From Botryllus schlosseri (lineage: Eukaryota), in the NCBI GenBank assembly GCA_051294905.1, contig CM119378.1:13454001-13518000 (forward strand): a DNA stretch of 64,000 nucleotides, written 5' to 3'. Shown piece after piece: positions 24,681 to 39,600 of this stretch (position 1 is the stretch's first letter; each line of letters opens with the position of its first letter). The translations under genes were made by a program, and so were the position numbers. The notes below the pieces were generated by a model. That model did no database searches. It was not told the origin of the DNA and worked only from the letters and a program-made list of their open reading frames with translations.

Positions 24681-27600
24681 CTGCGCGAGAATACGTAAAG
24701 GCGTGAGCGCCGACAGCAATTGTTCAGCACTGAAGTCACTTCACGACTTCATACTAGAGACTTCTAATTTCTGGGTTTGTGTACTTCCACTTACTCGAGT
24801 GCTAACACTTTTCAGACTACTTTCACTTTAGCTTCGATAAGTATTTCAAAATACAAATTACTTGCTTTTCATGTATTAGAACAGATTGGCAGCGATTTTA
24901 GGAGCGATACTGCCAAGACAATTGGACTATCCAGACCTTATATGACTGTGATGGAAACAGATTATAACCTCGAAAATCGCACCTGTTTTGATTGCAATTT
25001 CACATTCTGAGTTGGTCACAAAGATCTGTCTTGCAATTTTGTAACCCTGCACCGGATTACCAACTGCATTCGATGTCAAAAGTACTCTTTCTGCTTGATG
25101 TACTGATACTTGTACTTGGTAGCGAGTAGAAATTAACAGCATTGCTTCTACTTGAACTAGAGCACCAACAAAAACCACCTCTAATTCTAATGTCATACGT
25201 ATGGTAACATAACAATACTCAACATTCATAACTGAGGGAAAGAGAGCTTCCAAAAATAATTCCATTCTACCTAAGCAAATCAGATCACATTAGACTTGTT
25301 TTAATAAATGAGAAAAAGAATCCGACATCGTAGTTTTATAGCACAGCCAACATGTTACCGGGCAATAACTGGAATCTCATTCTTTACGGTTGTGTATCTA
25401 TTCATGTTACCCCCCGGAAAGCATCATACATTATCCCGTTAGTTTAGCAGCACATAACTCACCGGAACACATGTAGATCGGACAGCCGCAACCATCCTTC
25501 TCCTCAGACGTCAAAGCGACTGTTCCATCCTGGCATTTCGGCGGGTCGCTGCAGCCGTGGCAACCTGAAAAATTTGAATTCTTTGAATTTGCATTTTGAA
25601 AAGTAGAGTGTAGTAGAGTGTCCGTTACTAACGGATTAGGACATTCGACTCTTCAAATTTTCATGGATGTGAAGTCATATTTGGTGATAGGACTGTTGAT
25701 GTACAAAGTTCTTTTCATTTCTCTACTAGTTGCTGACGATTACCACAGACAAGTGCAAGCCGAAAATATATGGGTTTGTTTCAACATGAATATGTCATTC
25801 AATTGTATATCGAAGTGATATACCTCCGAGAATCTCTTCAAATTCTCTAGTTGCTGGCAATTACCACTAACGAGTATTAGCCGAAAGTATTTGGGTTTAT
25901 TTCAATATGAACAGATTATCCAAATGTAGTTCCAATCCAGGTTCCGTATCTCCAAGTCTCTCATCAAATACTCACATTTCAGCGGAATACACTCCTCTGA
26001 GTTCGCAGTTCTGCGAATCGTTCCCTCCGGACAGAAGCAGCCTTCCACTTCCACAGATCCGGTCACGTTGAGGATAGGGTTGTCGCAAGACAAGTCCCGT
26101 TTGGCATCCAAGTCGCATTCTCGGTATTCCTGAGACGCGTGCGGGCATGTCGCATCGAGACAGTTCAGGGCGCTGCGCCACGGGATGCATACTCCGTGCA
26201 TTTCGTTGAGAGACGCATATTGCGCTACGGAGGCCGAGCTGCAGGCGTCGCATTTCCTCGTAAGGTTGCTTTCCAGGGACAAGTCGTAGGCGCATTTCGA
26301 TTTGTAGACGCTGGGGTCGATGTAGGCGTTTGCCTCTTTGAACACGGGGTGCGTGGAGAGGACCTGAAAACAGACATATCATGTGTAATTGTTCAGTGCA
26401 TGTACACTGAATTAAAATTAACAGAAGATAATTTATACACGGCTTGTCAGAACTGTTAGATCTTGACCAACATTATACAAAGAAAAGCTACTTCCAAAAC
26501 TGCAGTCCTGATAGTTTGACAAACTCAGAATTTTACATAATAAGACACCCTCTCATTCAAAATATAACTTCCCTTACCTCACACGGATTCACATCGCACA
26601 CACTACACTTGCTGTGGCTGAGATGACATTTATTGGAGCAGTCGATGCATTCGTCGACGGGCAGCTCCCCACAGTCCGGATATTCGGCTGGTGGTGGGCA
26701 GTCAGGCTCGGTCGGGAAGCAGTTAGGTTCATCATAGTCTCTGGCGAATTTCATCCATCCTTCTCCGAATTTGTCAATGCTGACTTGGTCGGATTTGTCG
26801 GCGATCGCTCGGACGCTGAAATCCTTGTCGCGGAAATCGTCACTGACCTCGTTGTTGCATGAACCTGAATACGTTTGAAGTAAGGTGTTGAAGACTTAAG
26901 ATGAATTCAAACAGATTTATGCATATGGTTGAGTGGCTGTTTTTTTTATCAATCATGTTGTTTCGACATCAATGGTCACTTGCGACTTTCCGACTAATAG
27001 CACGTCCCATTTTGGTTCTAAGCTTTTGTAAAACACTGCTCGCGTTGATTGGATGGCAACGAGAAGCCTAGATAACACTTCAACATTTAGGTGCCGATTC
27101 TGTGGCAGACCAGTCCTACAGAAGTGCTACATGGTACTACAATAATAGTATCAGAACTACAACATAATACTAATAGTAATACAATACACCTCTGAAGGGC
27201 TGGATAAAATCAATCTACATTGAAGTATAAGCAGTCAGTAAATTGAGAATGTGACACAATATTAATCGTAACATTGAATGCTGAAGGCTTTTTGTTACAG
27301 ACTACTTAGTAACCTTCATGCTGCAACAGTATTTAAGTGATGCTTGGTGGTAACATGAAAAGGATCAACAAGGACAATTAAACCAGAATGGTTTTAGCAT
27401 GATTGATGGCCAAAACAACTGAAATATTGAGGTTAAATAATGCTCACATATTGTTTCCTAATCAGTTACCATCATTTCGTAGGAAATATTATTGCTGCGC
27501 AAAATCTAATCTGGAGCGTAGCTTTAGATTATAGGACAACAATGCGCCATTGTGTGAAACCAGTTAAAATATAACGATACAAGAGCAACTGCTGTGTGCT

Positions 27601-30600
27601 TCATATTTGGAAACGGTCATTTCCAATCATGAAAGCGTGTTCGCTTGTGGCGGTATTGAACAATCTCTTACAAACTCTACGAAAATACTTACCGCAGAGT
27701 CCCATCATCTTGCCCTCGAGCGACTCGTAAGGAAGGGTCAGAATCAAAGACTGCATCCATTGTCTCGTTTTGTAGACAATCTCCATGTTGAGAGATCGGA
27801 TTTCGATTTTCAGCTGTTTGTAACCGAATTCCCTGACCGAGACGTCCTTATCCGCCGAGACCCACGGACTGCGGGCACCGATTTCTTCTCCATCCCTGAG
27901 GAACTAGACAAAGAATTTGTATAAACATATAGGATATCGAAACGACCATGTGTGGTATACCCATCTAACAACCACATAGGCCCCACGATATTATCAGTCA
28001 AGAGAAGACGGCAGAAAAATGCACTCAGATTTTATGCAATACCTTGAGTCCGAAAGTGAAGGTGTAGTTCACTTCTCTGTGAATGACGGACATCGTTTTC
28101 AGACAGGAGAGGGACTTCATTCTGGCGCTCTGCCATCTGCACAGTTCGTTGTCGATGATGACTTCGGTTTGGTTGAAACGATATTCCTTCATCAGCGTGT
28201 AGGTGCATTTTCCTTGGTAATCGTACGAGAATCCGTCGAATGTGGTGAAATGCGGGTCGCCGTACGCCTGGCACGTGCCTAGAAATTGGTAGCAGTCGTA
28301 TCTTAAGCGGCATCCAATGGAATAAATGAAAATTCAAATATTCAGTGGCTATTCATGACAAAACATTATCCATAAAATGGACTGACAATACATATGCTGT
28401 AATCACGGATCCTATGTAGCGATGTTTTTATCTATGCACAATACGAATTGTATTGGTATTTTTGCGCTATAATATGGATCAATTCATATTGAAAACCAGC
28501 AAGATCATAACATCATATTTATCATGATGTGACACATTAGTAGTAGGAATGAAACAACTGTATTTAGGAATTACTAACATCCAATTTTCGGTAGTAGATA
28601 TCAATGATTTACCATTCAATCCATTACATTGCCATATACGAGCGACTGGACAAACTTCTAAGGACCGATGTTTGGAATAAGATATTATCCTTTAACACTG
28701 CCCTTTCCATTGTAATTTTAGCTCAGTATTAGAGGAACATATAATTATCATACATGGGCAAACCCATTCTCTGCAGCATCCCTCCTTTGTAGACGCGAGG
28801 TACGGGCTTCCACCATTGACACAAATCGGCTTTTCACTCAGGCACGTGTATGTATCGTACTCCTCAATCCTGTACGAAGACTTCTTGGCGCTTGCATACG
28901 TGCACTGCAGCATTTTACAGTGGTTGTCCTTGTTAATCCACGAAACTCCAAGCTGTGGAAGATTTGACAAATCAAGTATGCGGCTTTTAATCTACACGAA
29001 AGATTTTGTACCTTGCGCGGGATGCCGTTGTAGTCGATGCATTGCATAGTCGAGTCATCAGGAATGCAGACGTATTCAGGACAGCAGCATTTCACGGCTG
29101 ATACGTTTCTGACGGCAATTTGGCCTAGCGGGCATGTGGGCTCGACGCATTTGGTGTAATTACATCCTGTGTAGAGACAAGATCACATGTAGAGATAACA
29201 TTGGTAACATTCTAAATATGTTTCTATAAATAATCATTTATAATTCTTACAATTACCCCTATGCCATAGAAATGATATCAAGTCAATTATATCAAATGGA
29301 TGAAGCCTGCTATGATACTATACTTGCTAGAAGTAAGTGATACAACCATATCAAAGGTCATGCATCTCACCATTAACCACAGATAAGCAGCAATAAGCAC
29401 TCAAATGATCAATGTTTTGTTTACAATGTGTTACGTAGGCTGGAATTCGTTTCTACGTGAAAAGGAATCATACTGAGTTGAAAGCATAAAAAATTACTTT
29501 GGAATAGATCTGAAAAGGAAATATTACAGCAATTCTGTCAACGGTATTACGGGTATATGTAGTGATGGTCAAATTCCATGTCTTTAATTAAATTTCTGAT
29601 TTTAATCCGTCGATCAGAAACATTGTCAATTTACATTCTTTTCAAATATGGGTGTCTAAATCCACCAATGTCACATGTGATGTGTTGTGTATGCAAGTAG
29701 TCATATCAGCAACGCCCTAACACGACATAATGAAAAAATTTCTATCTATTTCTGCTAACAAAACATTCAAAGTTTGTTGATTGAAATAATAAAATCAACT
29801 TACTGCATCCTTGTTGCTTACAGCATCTGTCGACGCTCATATCCATCCAGCTGTAGACATTCTTTTCTGGGTCTTCACACGTTGTAACCTTGGCCGGGCA
29901 CGGTGTGGGTCCTGCAACACAAGACACGCTAAGTACATATGCAAGCCTACAATTTCAACGGCGATACTTACGGCAGCCATAGATCGGACAACCGCAGTCG
30001 TCTTGATCGCCAGTGTCGTAGACTTCGTCACATTCATCCTCACAAGTCTTCTTCGGGCACGGGTTTCTCTCTGTAGTAATGGTATGGAGTTGTAGGTAGA
30101 TTTGTTGTGAGCGACATGACACATACTCTTTTAGCGAGTGCATAAATAGCTTTTATTCACCAGCAACACTTTGCACGTATTACCGATGATTACAGTTGAG
30201 AAAGTTTTTAAAGACAAAATACAAGTTAGCTCTCTTGTTCACCGGACCACAACCTGGATCTCGCCTTCCGACACATGCCACCTTTTTGTCACCTGTTCTT
30301 TTACTATTTATTCAGTGTGCATGCCTCCTTTCTTTACAGTGCCTCGGCCAGGTGGGTGTCTGATTTCGAAGACTACTCCAAGTCATTTCGACACCTTCCT
30401 ATCTTTCAGTGTATCGAAGTCTTGTGGTGTATTGAAATGATGAAATTTTTAGCAATCAATTGAATTTAATATTTCTGTACGTTATTTCTTATCAAGCGTA
30501 CAGAGAACCTTTCGTTTTTATTACTATATTTGTATGTCGAGGCAGCAGTTTGACTGCTTTACATAGTCGAGTTGTTTTGACTGCTTATTATTGCATCGAA

Positions 30601-33600
30601 ATTCTTTCGGTATTTCAAATTGATGAAATTCCTGATGATTCCGATTCTATGACATACATTTAGTCACATAAGATTGACTTGTATCTTTTTCGTCCCATAT
30701 AGAAGAAAAAGGGAAAAGAAAATTGTAATCACGGATACAAAATCGTTAGTATCCTACCGCACGTTCTTTGAAGGCAGTCACATTCATCTCGACTTTCAAC
30801 ACCGGTGAAACAAGCGTCACATTCTTTCGGTTCCGTGCAGATTGTCTTGTTGGCAATGTACGGGCATCCTTCATTGATCGCGGCGTCAACCAGGCAAGTT
30901 CTAGTGTAGCATTTGTCGGCGGGATGTTCCCACTTGATGTTACGGTCGTAAGTGCTGCCGGTTTCGGTCTCGAGACAGTCTTGCGGACATTCGCAGAATC
31001 CCGGGCAGCATTCGTCGCCGGACACTGCAGAGTCCATTTTCAAGACGGTTTTCGGCGTGATGCAGTCAGATGGCTCTGCGATGTCGCATGTGATCGGGTC
31101 TGCATAGCGAAAGAGGTGTGATTATTTTTCGTCGTTTTAATAATTTGATCGTTGCGATCACATCATCATTGTGAAGGTATAATTGATGAGGATATGTAGC
31201 ACAGAACTTGAAGATTGCTTTCGCCACGATATCCATTTCAAGAAGGTATTTATTATAACTCGAAGATTTTCGGGTACCTCTTATCAAGATATATCAGCAC
31301 ACTACAATAATAGCAATGCTTCAGGTAAAAACGACAGAAAAAAGCAAAGCAAAATAATGGGAAATTTTCAGCATTTCATCTTTCAAATAAAAATAAATAT
31401 GATAAACAATAATTACAGATCCAAAAAGTAATATATCAGAGATTCATCGAGATTCAAGACGGCGGGTTGTATATAACTGAAAAAAAATTAGCAACTTACC
31501 ACAAGAGACCACAGGGCATCCACAGGCTGTTTCAGTTGTGACCGCTTTTGTGCATTTCGGGCACGGATCTGGAATGGGACAGCCGATGTCTCTCGCGGCG
31601 GGGCAGAGCGACACATCCTGAGAGCACTGGTCGTAAATCAACGATGCCATCTTGGTGTCCTGAAGCATTTTCCTTGAGGAAAATTAGGAATATTTGAAAA
31701 ATATCAATACAGAAATACATATTATGAAAGATATCCAAGGTTAGAAATCTGTATTCTGCTTGAAATCCCTGCAGTGGTGATATAAGAGGTGGTTAAAATA
31801 GTCAGCCTTGCTACTTAAGTAGAAGTATAAGTACTGCCGTAAATTACCAGTGAATTTGGTTGTCGTTTGCATACTTTTGCCGGTTAATCGAAGATGGCTA
31901 CACCATACTTTTCCAAAGTGCAGAGTAGGTACTTTTGCATAAAAAAAATGTTCTAATAGAAGTAGAAGAAGTCTACAAACATAATCTCTTCAGCAAGTAG
32001 TGCAGGTAGGCAACACCTACTACCTAGTGGAGTACATTGAAAAAGTAGTAATACCTGTAGTCGATCTTGAGGCGAATTTCGTTCCACAGAGCAGCGTTGT
32101 CGATGTTCTTGAAGTCAACCGCCGTGATGTCATAACCCAATTGAGTCAGGACCGAGTCTGGCGGAGTGCACATCATTCGTTGACAGGCGTCATTGTCCAT
32201 CCATACAGAGAAAAGCTGGAAATAGTAAGATATTGGTCAAAGAACAGCAAGATATTTAATTTTAGAAATATAAAATCCTAAAGTCAAAATAAAGCTACAC
32301 GCTCACCTCTCTCTTGACTCCCTTGTAGTAGCATGAGTTGTCACACACTGTAAAAAGAGTTGGCAAAGATTAGATAGTTTGAAGAGCTTCCTGGAGGTAC
32401 AGAACTTCAACATACGATTGAATAGTATATTCATATTGAAATGAAACCGAATATTTTTTGCTATCACTTGTCAGTTGATGACGATTACCCCTGACGAGTG
32501 TCAGCCAAAAATATTGGGGTTCATTTCAATATGGATACACTATTCAAATGTATATCCGAGAGTTTGTTCAGTGTGATGTAAAAATCTTTATACAACACAA
32601 TTAAACCTACTTACCGCAACAGTTTTTCGAAGGGAAACAGTTGTTTTCGGTGGCCAAAGTCGTGATGATCTGGTTCTTTTCTGCGGCGGTACATTGGACA
32701 GGCTCCTTCAGCGGATCTGTTTCGGAAAAAACAACAATATTACCAATTACCAGACTTGGTCAGACCAGTCCGCATTCATACTTAAAGTAAAAGTAAATTC
32801 ATACTCAATTACAAGTAGAGTGGAAATAAGAAATGAAGGTCTTGAAGGTACTCAAGTGTGTAGTTTCAAAAAGTATATTTAGCCAACGGGACCCATAACT
32901 TAACTCGTTAAATGGAGGTGTCTAATTTCTGAAATTGCATGGTGCATTTTCGTGACTGACGCAAAATGATTATGACACTGCAAATGGGTATGGGCGCAAT
33001 TATAGAAATTTGTTCAGTTGTTGTGATACAGGGACTATGTTGCCAAGTCGTTATTACAATTTCACTCCTAAAAGTAATGCGAATACATCCCAAGTACTAC
33101 TGTTTACTTTACAACGTACAAAGCGTAAAAAGAATGTCGTTTTTCCTGAAATAACAGTAAAGTAGATGTGGAAATAGTCAAAAAACTTAGTGCCTTAAGT
33201 AAGTATTGTCAGTACCACCTCAATTACGCAACCACATTTATTACTAGCTTCCACGTGTTTAAACACAGAGTATATAAAAGGTACACTGGTATATAACAGT
33301 TTCCACTTACTGCAAGCGACCGAATCGCAGCCGCACGTGTCAGGCACGATTGTCTTGTTGGTGCACGCCGGGCAGGCTTCCTCCAGGTCGTTTTTACACG
33401 CGTTACGTTCGACAGGTGTGGGGCACACGCCGTTGGCAAAGTCTTCTTCCGAAACGAAGCATTCGAAAAGCTTGCAAGGAGCGGTCCATTGAGTACCGTT
33501 CTAAACAAGCAAAATTAAATGAGACTTTTTTATTGATTGGAGTTGGCAGCGAAACCTACCGGGACTCTGGTACCGTCTTCCTTAACGCAAACCAGGTCGG

Positions 33601-36600
33601 CTTTGCAACCGTAGACGTTACAGCATTGTTCGACAGAGGCGTCTCTCTTGATGGCAAGATATTCGCTACAAAAGAAACGCACATTAAGCGACATTGGCAA
33701 AGCCTGCTTGAGAACTCCAAAGAAGTAGAATTACTTTGTTCATGACCAAATCTGGGTACAATCATTACACTTGGCGTGGGCCGAGCACTCAAAACTTCAG
33801 GAAATATTATCAGCACAGCTGCATGAAATTTACTGTGGACTGATTGTACTCTGGGTTGAGCACTGAGCACTAAATCAAAGTTTTGCCAACATACATACAA
33901 TCGTACATGCATAAAAAGTAAATTAGTACCAAATAAACTCCTCTCCATAAAAAATTAGGCATACTTGGCGACTATTGCTTTTACTGAGACTTACACATAG
34001 CAATCAGTGCATGGTTCTTTCGTGTCGTTGCAAGGCGTCGGCGTATCGACGATCTTCTTACATTTTTTGGGATCGGACTCATCAGTGGCGTTAGTGCACA
34101 CGTAGTCGATGCAGTTCTTGGACCATTTCTCTCCAGGCGAACGCGCGACACCGTCCATCATACAAACGACGCATTCTGATCGAATGAAGTAAACAGTATA
34201 CAATACAATGTCCACAGGAGGCTATGCGGCTATTTAAGAAATTGAAATCCTTATTTACCGCAGTTGTATTGCGGGCAGCATCTGTCTCCCATGCAACAGC
34301 TACGTTCTTCGTCTTTGACAGGAACACTGTTTTCTGGGCATTCTGGGCTTTCGATGCACTCAGGGGTTGTCTTTGTGACATTGTAGCATTCCTTCTCCAT
34401 GCCCGGTTCCTGCAAATATCAAACGCATAGGTACAGAAACACAAAAAAAGTATTCTAATAATCGGAGGCTAACGAAGTACTTCTTTTTTGAGAGAAGTTA
34501 AGTAGGTTTTGAAAAAAACATTTTTTAAAGCAAACTACTGACTTTTACACTCTGGATTTTGAAAACCACAAATTATTTTTAGGATATGTTGTCATCGGTT
34601 TTCGGTCGCCATGCATTATGTGAAGATATTAACCAATTCCCAAGAAACACCTGAAAAGACTTAGTGATTCGCACGGAAACCACGCTGTCATACTCTCGTA
34701 TTGCATGAATATACACGCGTCATGAAATTGATATACATTGGAATTTATATCTGGCTAAATAAAGACTGTTACGTTGGAGCTGTTACAACGAAACCTTGTG
34801 TGCGTGGTCTGTGTGTCTACAAGATAGGCTGTCACGTGTCACGTTTAAGTAATATATGGGAATGAGGACAGGCCGTCACAGGAAATATATACGCAGGGAA
34901 GTACGCAACGCAACCTTCTGGAGTCAGATTAGACATCAATAACATCACATTAACATTCGCTCTGCGTTATGCTCACCACAATCACTTGCCACACAAAACT
35001 TGGTTACTCATAAAAGGCTACTAGAATATTTGGACCACCAATATCTGCGTAAGTAGCAAATGTCATCCTGAATGGTAATATCATTCTTGTCACAATACTC
35101 CAGTAATTTTGTTTCTACCTTGTCCGATTTGCAGTAGTATTCATCGTAGCATCCTCTTTCGACATCGCCTTCAGTCCATCTGTCTCCTCTCGATCGGCTA
35201 GTCAGGATTTTTCCGTTGTACATACAGGTCGTGCATTCTGTATGGAAATATCGATAATGATGCTACCTTAATTGACTCACAATTGAATCTATCGCAGACT
35301 AGGTTCAGATAAGCCTACATCCTACATCAAATCAAACTACAGACACCAAATGTTTACAGAGGTATTCAGTAACGAAGTGCTGCTACTTTTTACAGTACTG
35401 AAGCATGTGTTGCCTACCTACCTACTCGAGTTTTAAGACTACTTCTGCTTAACAGTTTTTGAAGGAAAACTAACAACCGAGTGAACTACCATTTGCCTTA
35501 TCTTCAACTATGTCTGAGAGTATCACATGTTGAGTACCAAGATAAAGCGTGCCATGTCTTGGAAATCACTGGTTCTACCTGAAATCGTGTGAAAATTACT
35601 TTGACCTCCAACGAACGTTTGATATGTGGAGTTGTAGGGTGAAGCCTTTCATGTCTCGGAAATTGTTTCTTCGATTCAAAATCATGTGGAAATTTACAAC
35701 ATTACCGCTACTTATACTTAGAAAGCAATGCTAACTGCTTTAACCACTTCCGAGAGCATAACACGTTGAGTAGCATGGCGAATCCTACCGCACGAAAGCA
35801 GCTTTTTGCATCCGCACGGGTCTGTTCCATACACGGCTTTGTCGTACGGCGTCGAGCAGTTGGCGACAGCCGGGCAAGGATCGTCTTGGCAAGATTCTTT
35901 CAAGCATCCGTCGACGTCGATGTCGTTGGTACAGACGCAAGTCTGGCATTTCCTCGGCGTGGGCACTGTTCTTTGCCACTTCTCAGCAGGCTACGAAAAA
36001 AGGGGGTCAGAGTAGTCATCATTGGCAGGGTTGTAAAGACTCGAGTCATTCAGCATGACTCAATCAAGTCATATGAATTGACACATTCTATATGACTTAT
36101 TCAAATCTCGTATATCAGGACCAATAATTGACAAATAAACCCAGTCTTTTTTATGTTTGAATAAAGATTTTAGATTGAGAAAAATGAGAATATTATGAAT
36201 TTGAGATCTTTGATACCAACCAACAGTTTAACAGAAGTGAGTTAAACCTGACTTGAACTCGACAATGAACAGTGAACACTACAACTTAGACTAGGACTCA
36301 TGTCTTAACACTATGACTCGGACTCGCTGGTGAATTGAAAATGACTCGACTTGACTCTAGTCAAACGTATTGTCACGAGTCAAATTGACATGTGACTCGA
36401 AGCCTTGTGACTTGGCTACAATGTTCTTCATTAGTACTCAAGTAGTATTGTGATAACATCATAAATTTATACTTGAGTACAAGTAGATGTATCGATTTCC
36501 AAGTAAGTGAATGAGTTCTGGGTTTAGTGTTGCTCAAAAAAGAAAACTGTCAAGTAGAAGTTGAAGTAGCCATAGCCTCTTGAGAAACTAGTGCAAGTAT

Positions 36601-39600
36601 TGCAAAAATAATCGTATCCGATCGACCGGATATTTTACCTCGTAAGTGGAGTTAGTCAAGTCGTCGACGCAGGCGTGATTGCATGTGCATTCGTAGCAAG
36701 GCTTCTTGCATTCGTCGGCGTCGGCAATTTCCGTGGCTCGGTACGGGAAAGCGCATGTCACAGGTTCGCATCGTTCGATCTTGGCTGTAGTAAGAAAAAG
36801 CGGTTGTGGTAATGACCAGAGGACGACCAATATTAGAATTTCATGCCAATATGATATATTTTTGCCGAAAAAGCCAATATTAATATTAATTTCATTTATT
36901 TAGAATGATACCCCAGATGAGCAAGAGACTATAATGTAGATCAAAAAACACATTTTTCCAGTATTTTATCCAAACGTTGAAATGAAAAATTCAATATTCG
37001 AAATATTGATGGTGTTGTTGGACAATACTGATATATTGGCACGACTCTCCGATACATCGGTCAGCCTTTCATAAAGATTTATGTAGATGAATTGTAGGAA
37101 TTAAAATTTAAGATCAGAAATCTAGATTCGGCTTAGTAGGGTCAGATTTAAATACATTGATAATGTGATTGGACAAGCCAATAAAATTTTCAGGCTGCTA
37201 TCGACCGAATTTAAGTCTCAACCGGATACAGCGTACATCTGAATGAGATCGTAATTCAGTTTGAGAATTGGATTCAGACCACATAGCAGGAAGCGGATTT
37301 GAAAATGTTAAACTCACATATCTCCATGGCTGGGAATTTTTTTTTAATTTCCGAATTTACTATCATTTGATCGGTTCATAAATACTTACTGCATTCGGCT
37401 ACATCACACCCGCATTCGTCTTGAGTAATGGTTCTCGTGTAGCAATCTTCACACTCTGCCGGTTTTTCGCACGACATTTCGTACACGACAGGACACAGAG
37501 TACCGGCCTGCGCACACTCGTTTGTGAGAGTCTGCGGAATCTTCATGGAATTCAAGAGATTCCTGCCAGAATGGAGATGATCTGTTTTTATTCCTGAATT
37601 TTAGCAATCAAAACAAGATAGGTCTTCCGGTTTTCAACACAATTACGTTCCCAAAAGAGGGAGTAAGGAAATTGATTTCCTTGTATAATAACCAGAATAC
37701 TACTACTTCTCTGAGAACTGATGTTGCTATGATTTTAGACTAATACTACTTCTAAACAGTTTTCAGCTTTTTTTGTTACTTGAAAATTGCTAGTTCTACA
37801 TGTACTTCAGTATAAATTTATTAGTATATTTCGACTTCTACTCAAGCACTATCAATGATTACTTTGACCACTTAAGGCTTTGAATAAGTTTTATTCAGTA
37901 TCCTTAAATCTACAAATAATATAATAATATCACCATGAAATCAGCCAAAAAAGTATAGAAAAACTATACACATTGGACTGAGGATATTATTTCACATAAA
38001 TATTTAATTTATTTGGACGTCAAACTTTACCACTCCTCAATAGTTTTGCAAAAAGAATAAATGTATCTTACTTGAAGTTGGCGGATCCACGAATTTGCGT
38101 GAACTTGGATTGGACGGCCATAGTCGTCAAGTCGTTAATGTCCAGACCAGCATCGAAGCCCAGAGTGGTGACGGTTTCGTTGGGAAGCACGCACCGGAAT
38201 CGTTGGCAAGATTTTTCGCTCGTCCACATCTCGTAAAGCTGATATTGTTTGCCTTCGTATGTGCACGTCGGTTCGCACACTGTTTGAAATGGAAATATGG
38301 TTGACATGTGCGGTATGTGAAACTTCAGAAGTAATTTTAATGCATATGTGACACATTTTTTGACTAAAATCAACACTACCACGGTGATTTTTCATCTAAC
38401 ACTCGATGTACTTGATCATACTAACCGCAGCAGTTTCTGTACGGGAAGCACGAGTCTCCAGTTTCCATCAATTCGATGACTTGGTTGTCGGCGGGCTCGT
38501 TGCAAGATGTCGGCACTGGTCGGGGTGCTGTGAAATTGGAAAAATAAAACATTAGGATATGATCAACATGTCAGATCCGGGATACATTGAGTGTCTTTAT
38601 CTCTTAAAATATAATAATCAAACTAACAGAGGTTTTCAGTCATCAAAACTACATACAAGCTCAATAACGTCACTTCTTTTATCGAACGTTTTCCTCTCTT
38701 GGATCGTAAGAATCAAACGAACAGTAGTTTTGCGTAATCAAAACTTCATACAAGTCCAATAAAGTCAGTTATTCATCGAGCGTTTTCCTCTCATGGACAG
38801 CAAGAATCAAACTAACAACAGTATTGAGCAATCAAAACTTCATACAAGCTCACTGGAGTCAGTTTAATCTGAGTTGTTTGTTATATGGGATAGGAAGAAA
38901 TATTTTTACAGATAAATAGAAATACATCTTGTCACAGTTGTTATCACACAACATTCTTGTATCACATTCACGCTAGCCATTACAGAGCGCATATTATACA
39001 ATCCACCATAAAGAAGCTTACTGCAAGTAATAACCGGGCATCCGCACGCGTCCACGGATTCCTTGGTGATTTCGCATTCCTTGCATTCGGTCGGTTTCGG
39101 GCAACCGATATCTCTTGTGACTGGACAGAGGGCCGGGTCTTGGCTGCATTCCGAATAAAGCGTTTTTGCGACGCCGGAATCTCTCATCATCTTCCTGTTG
39201 GGGGCGAAAAAGAGGCATGTCAAAAATGGCGGGAATTGAACGATGCTGTATGGGACTGAATGGATCTATCAGCATAGGCAATGGTGGTTAAAGTAGTCAG
39301 TGTTGCTACTCAAGTAGAATTAGAAGTAATGCCATAAATTCCCACTCAATTTCAAAGAGAAGTGGCCTGTCAAAACTATTCCAACCAGAAGCAGAAAATG
39401 AAAGATCAAGGAATGATTGACGTAAGTATTTGCAAAAAGTAAATATGGCCGAGGGGTTGCAACTTTCAACAGTTAATAGGTGACCAACAACTAGCCACCG
39501 TAGAACTCCAGCACACAACTAGAATCAAGAAAACGATGTACTATTCGGATTCCTGTGCTTAAATTGTCATCCCAAGCTTTAATTATAATCATCGTTCAAT

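Noticed and set aside
34600-34790. Solo LTR (AATAAA followed by ..TGTTACA)
   Set aside because: No matching TSD, clear 5' TG boundary or second copy in the window.
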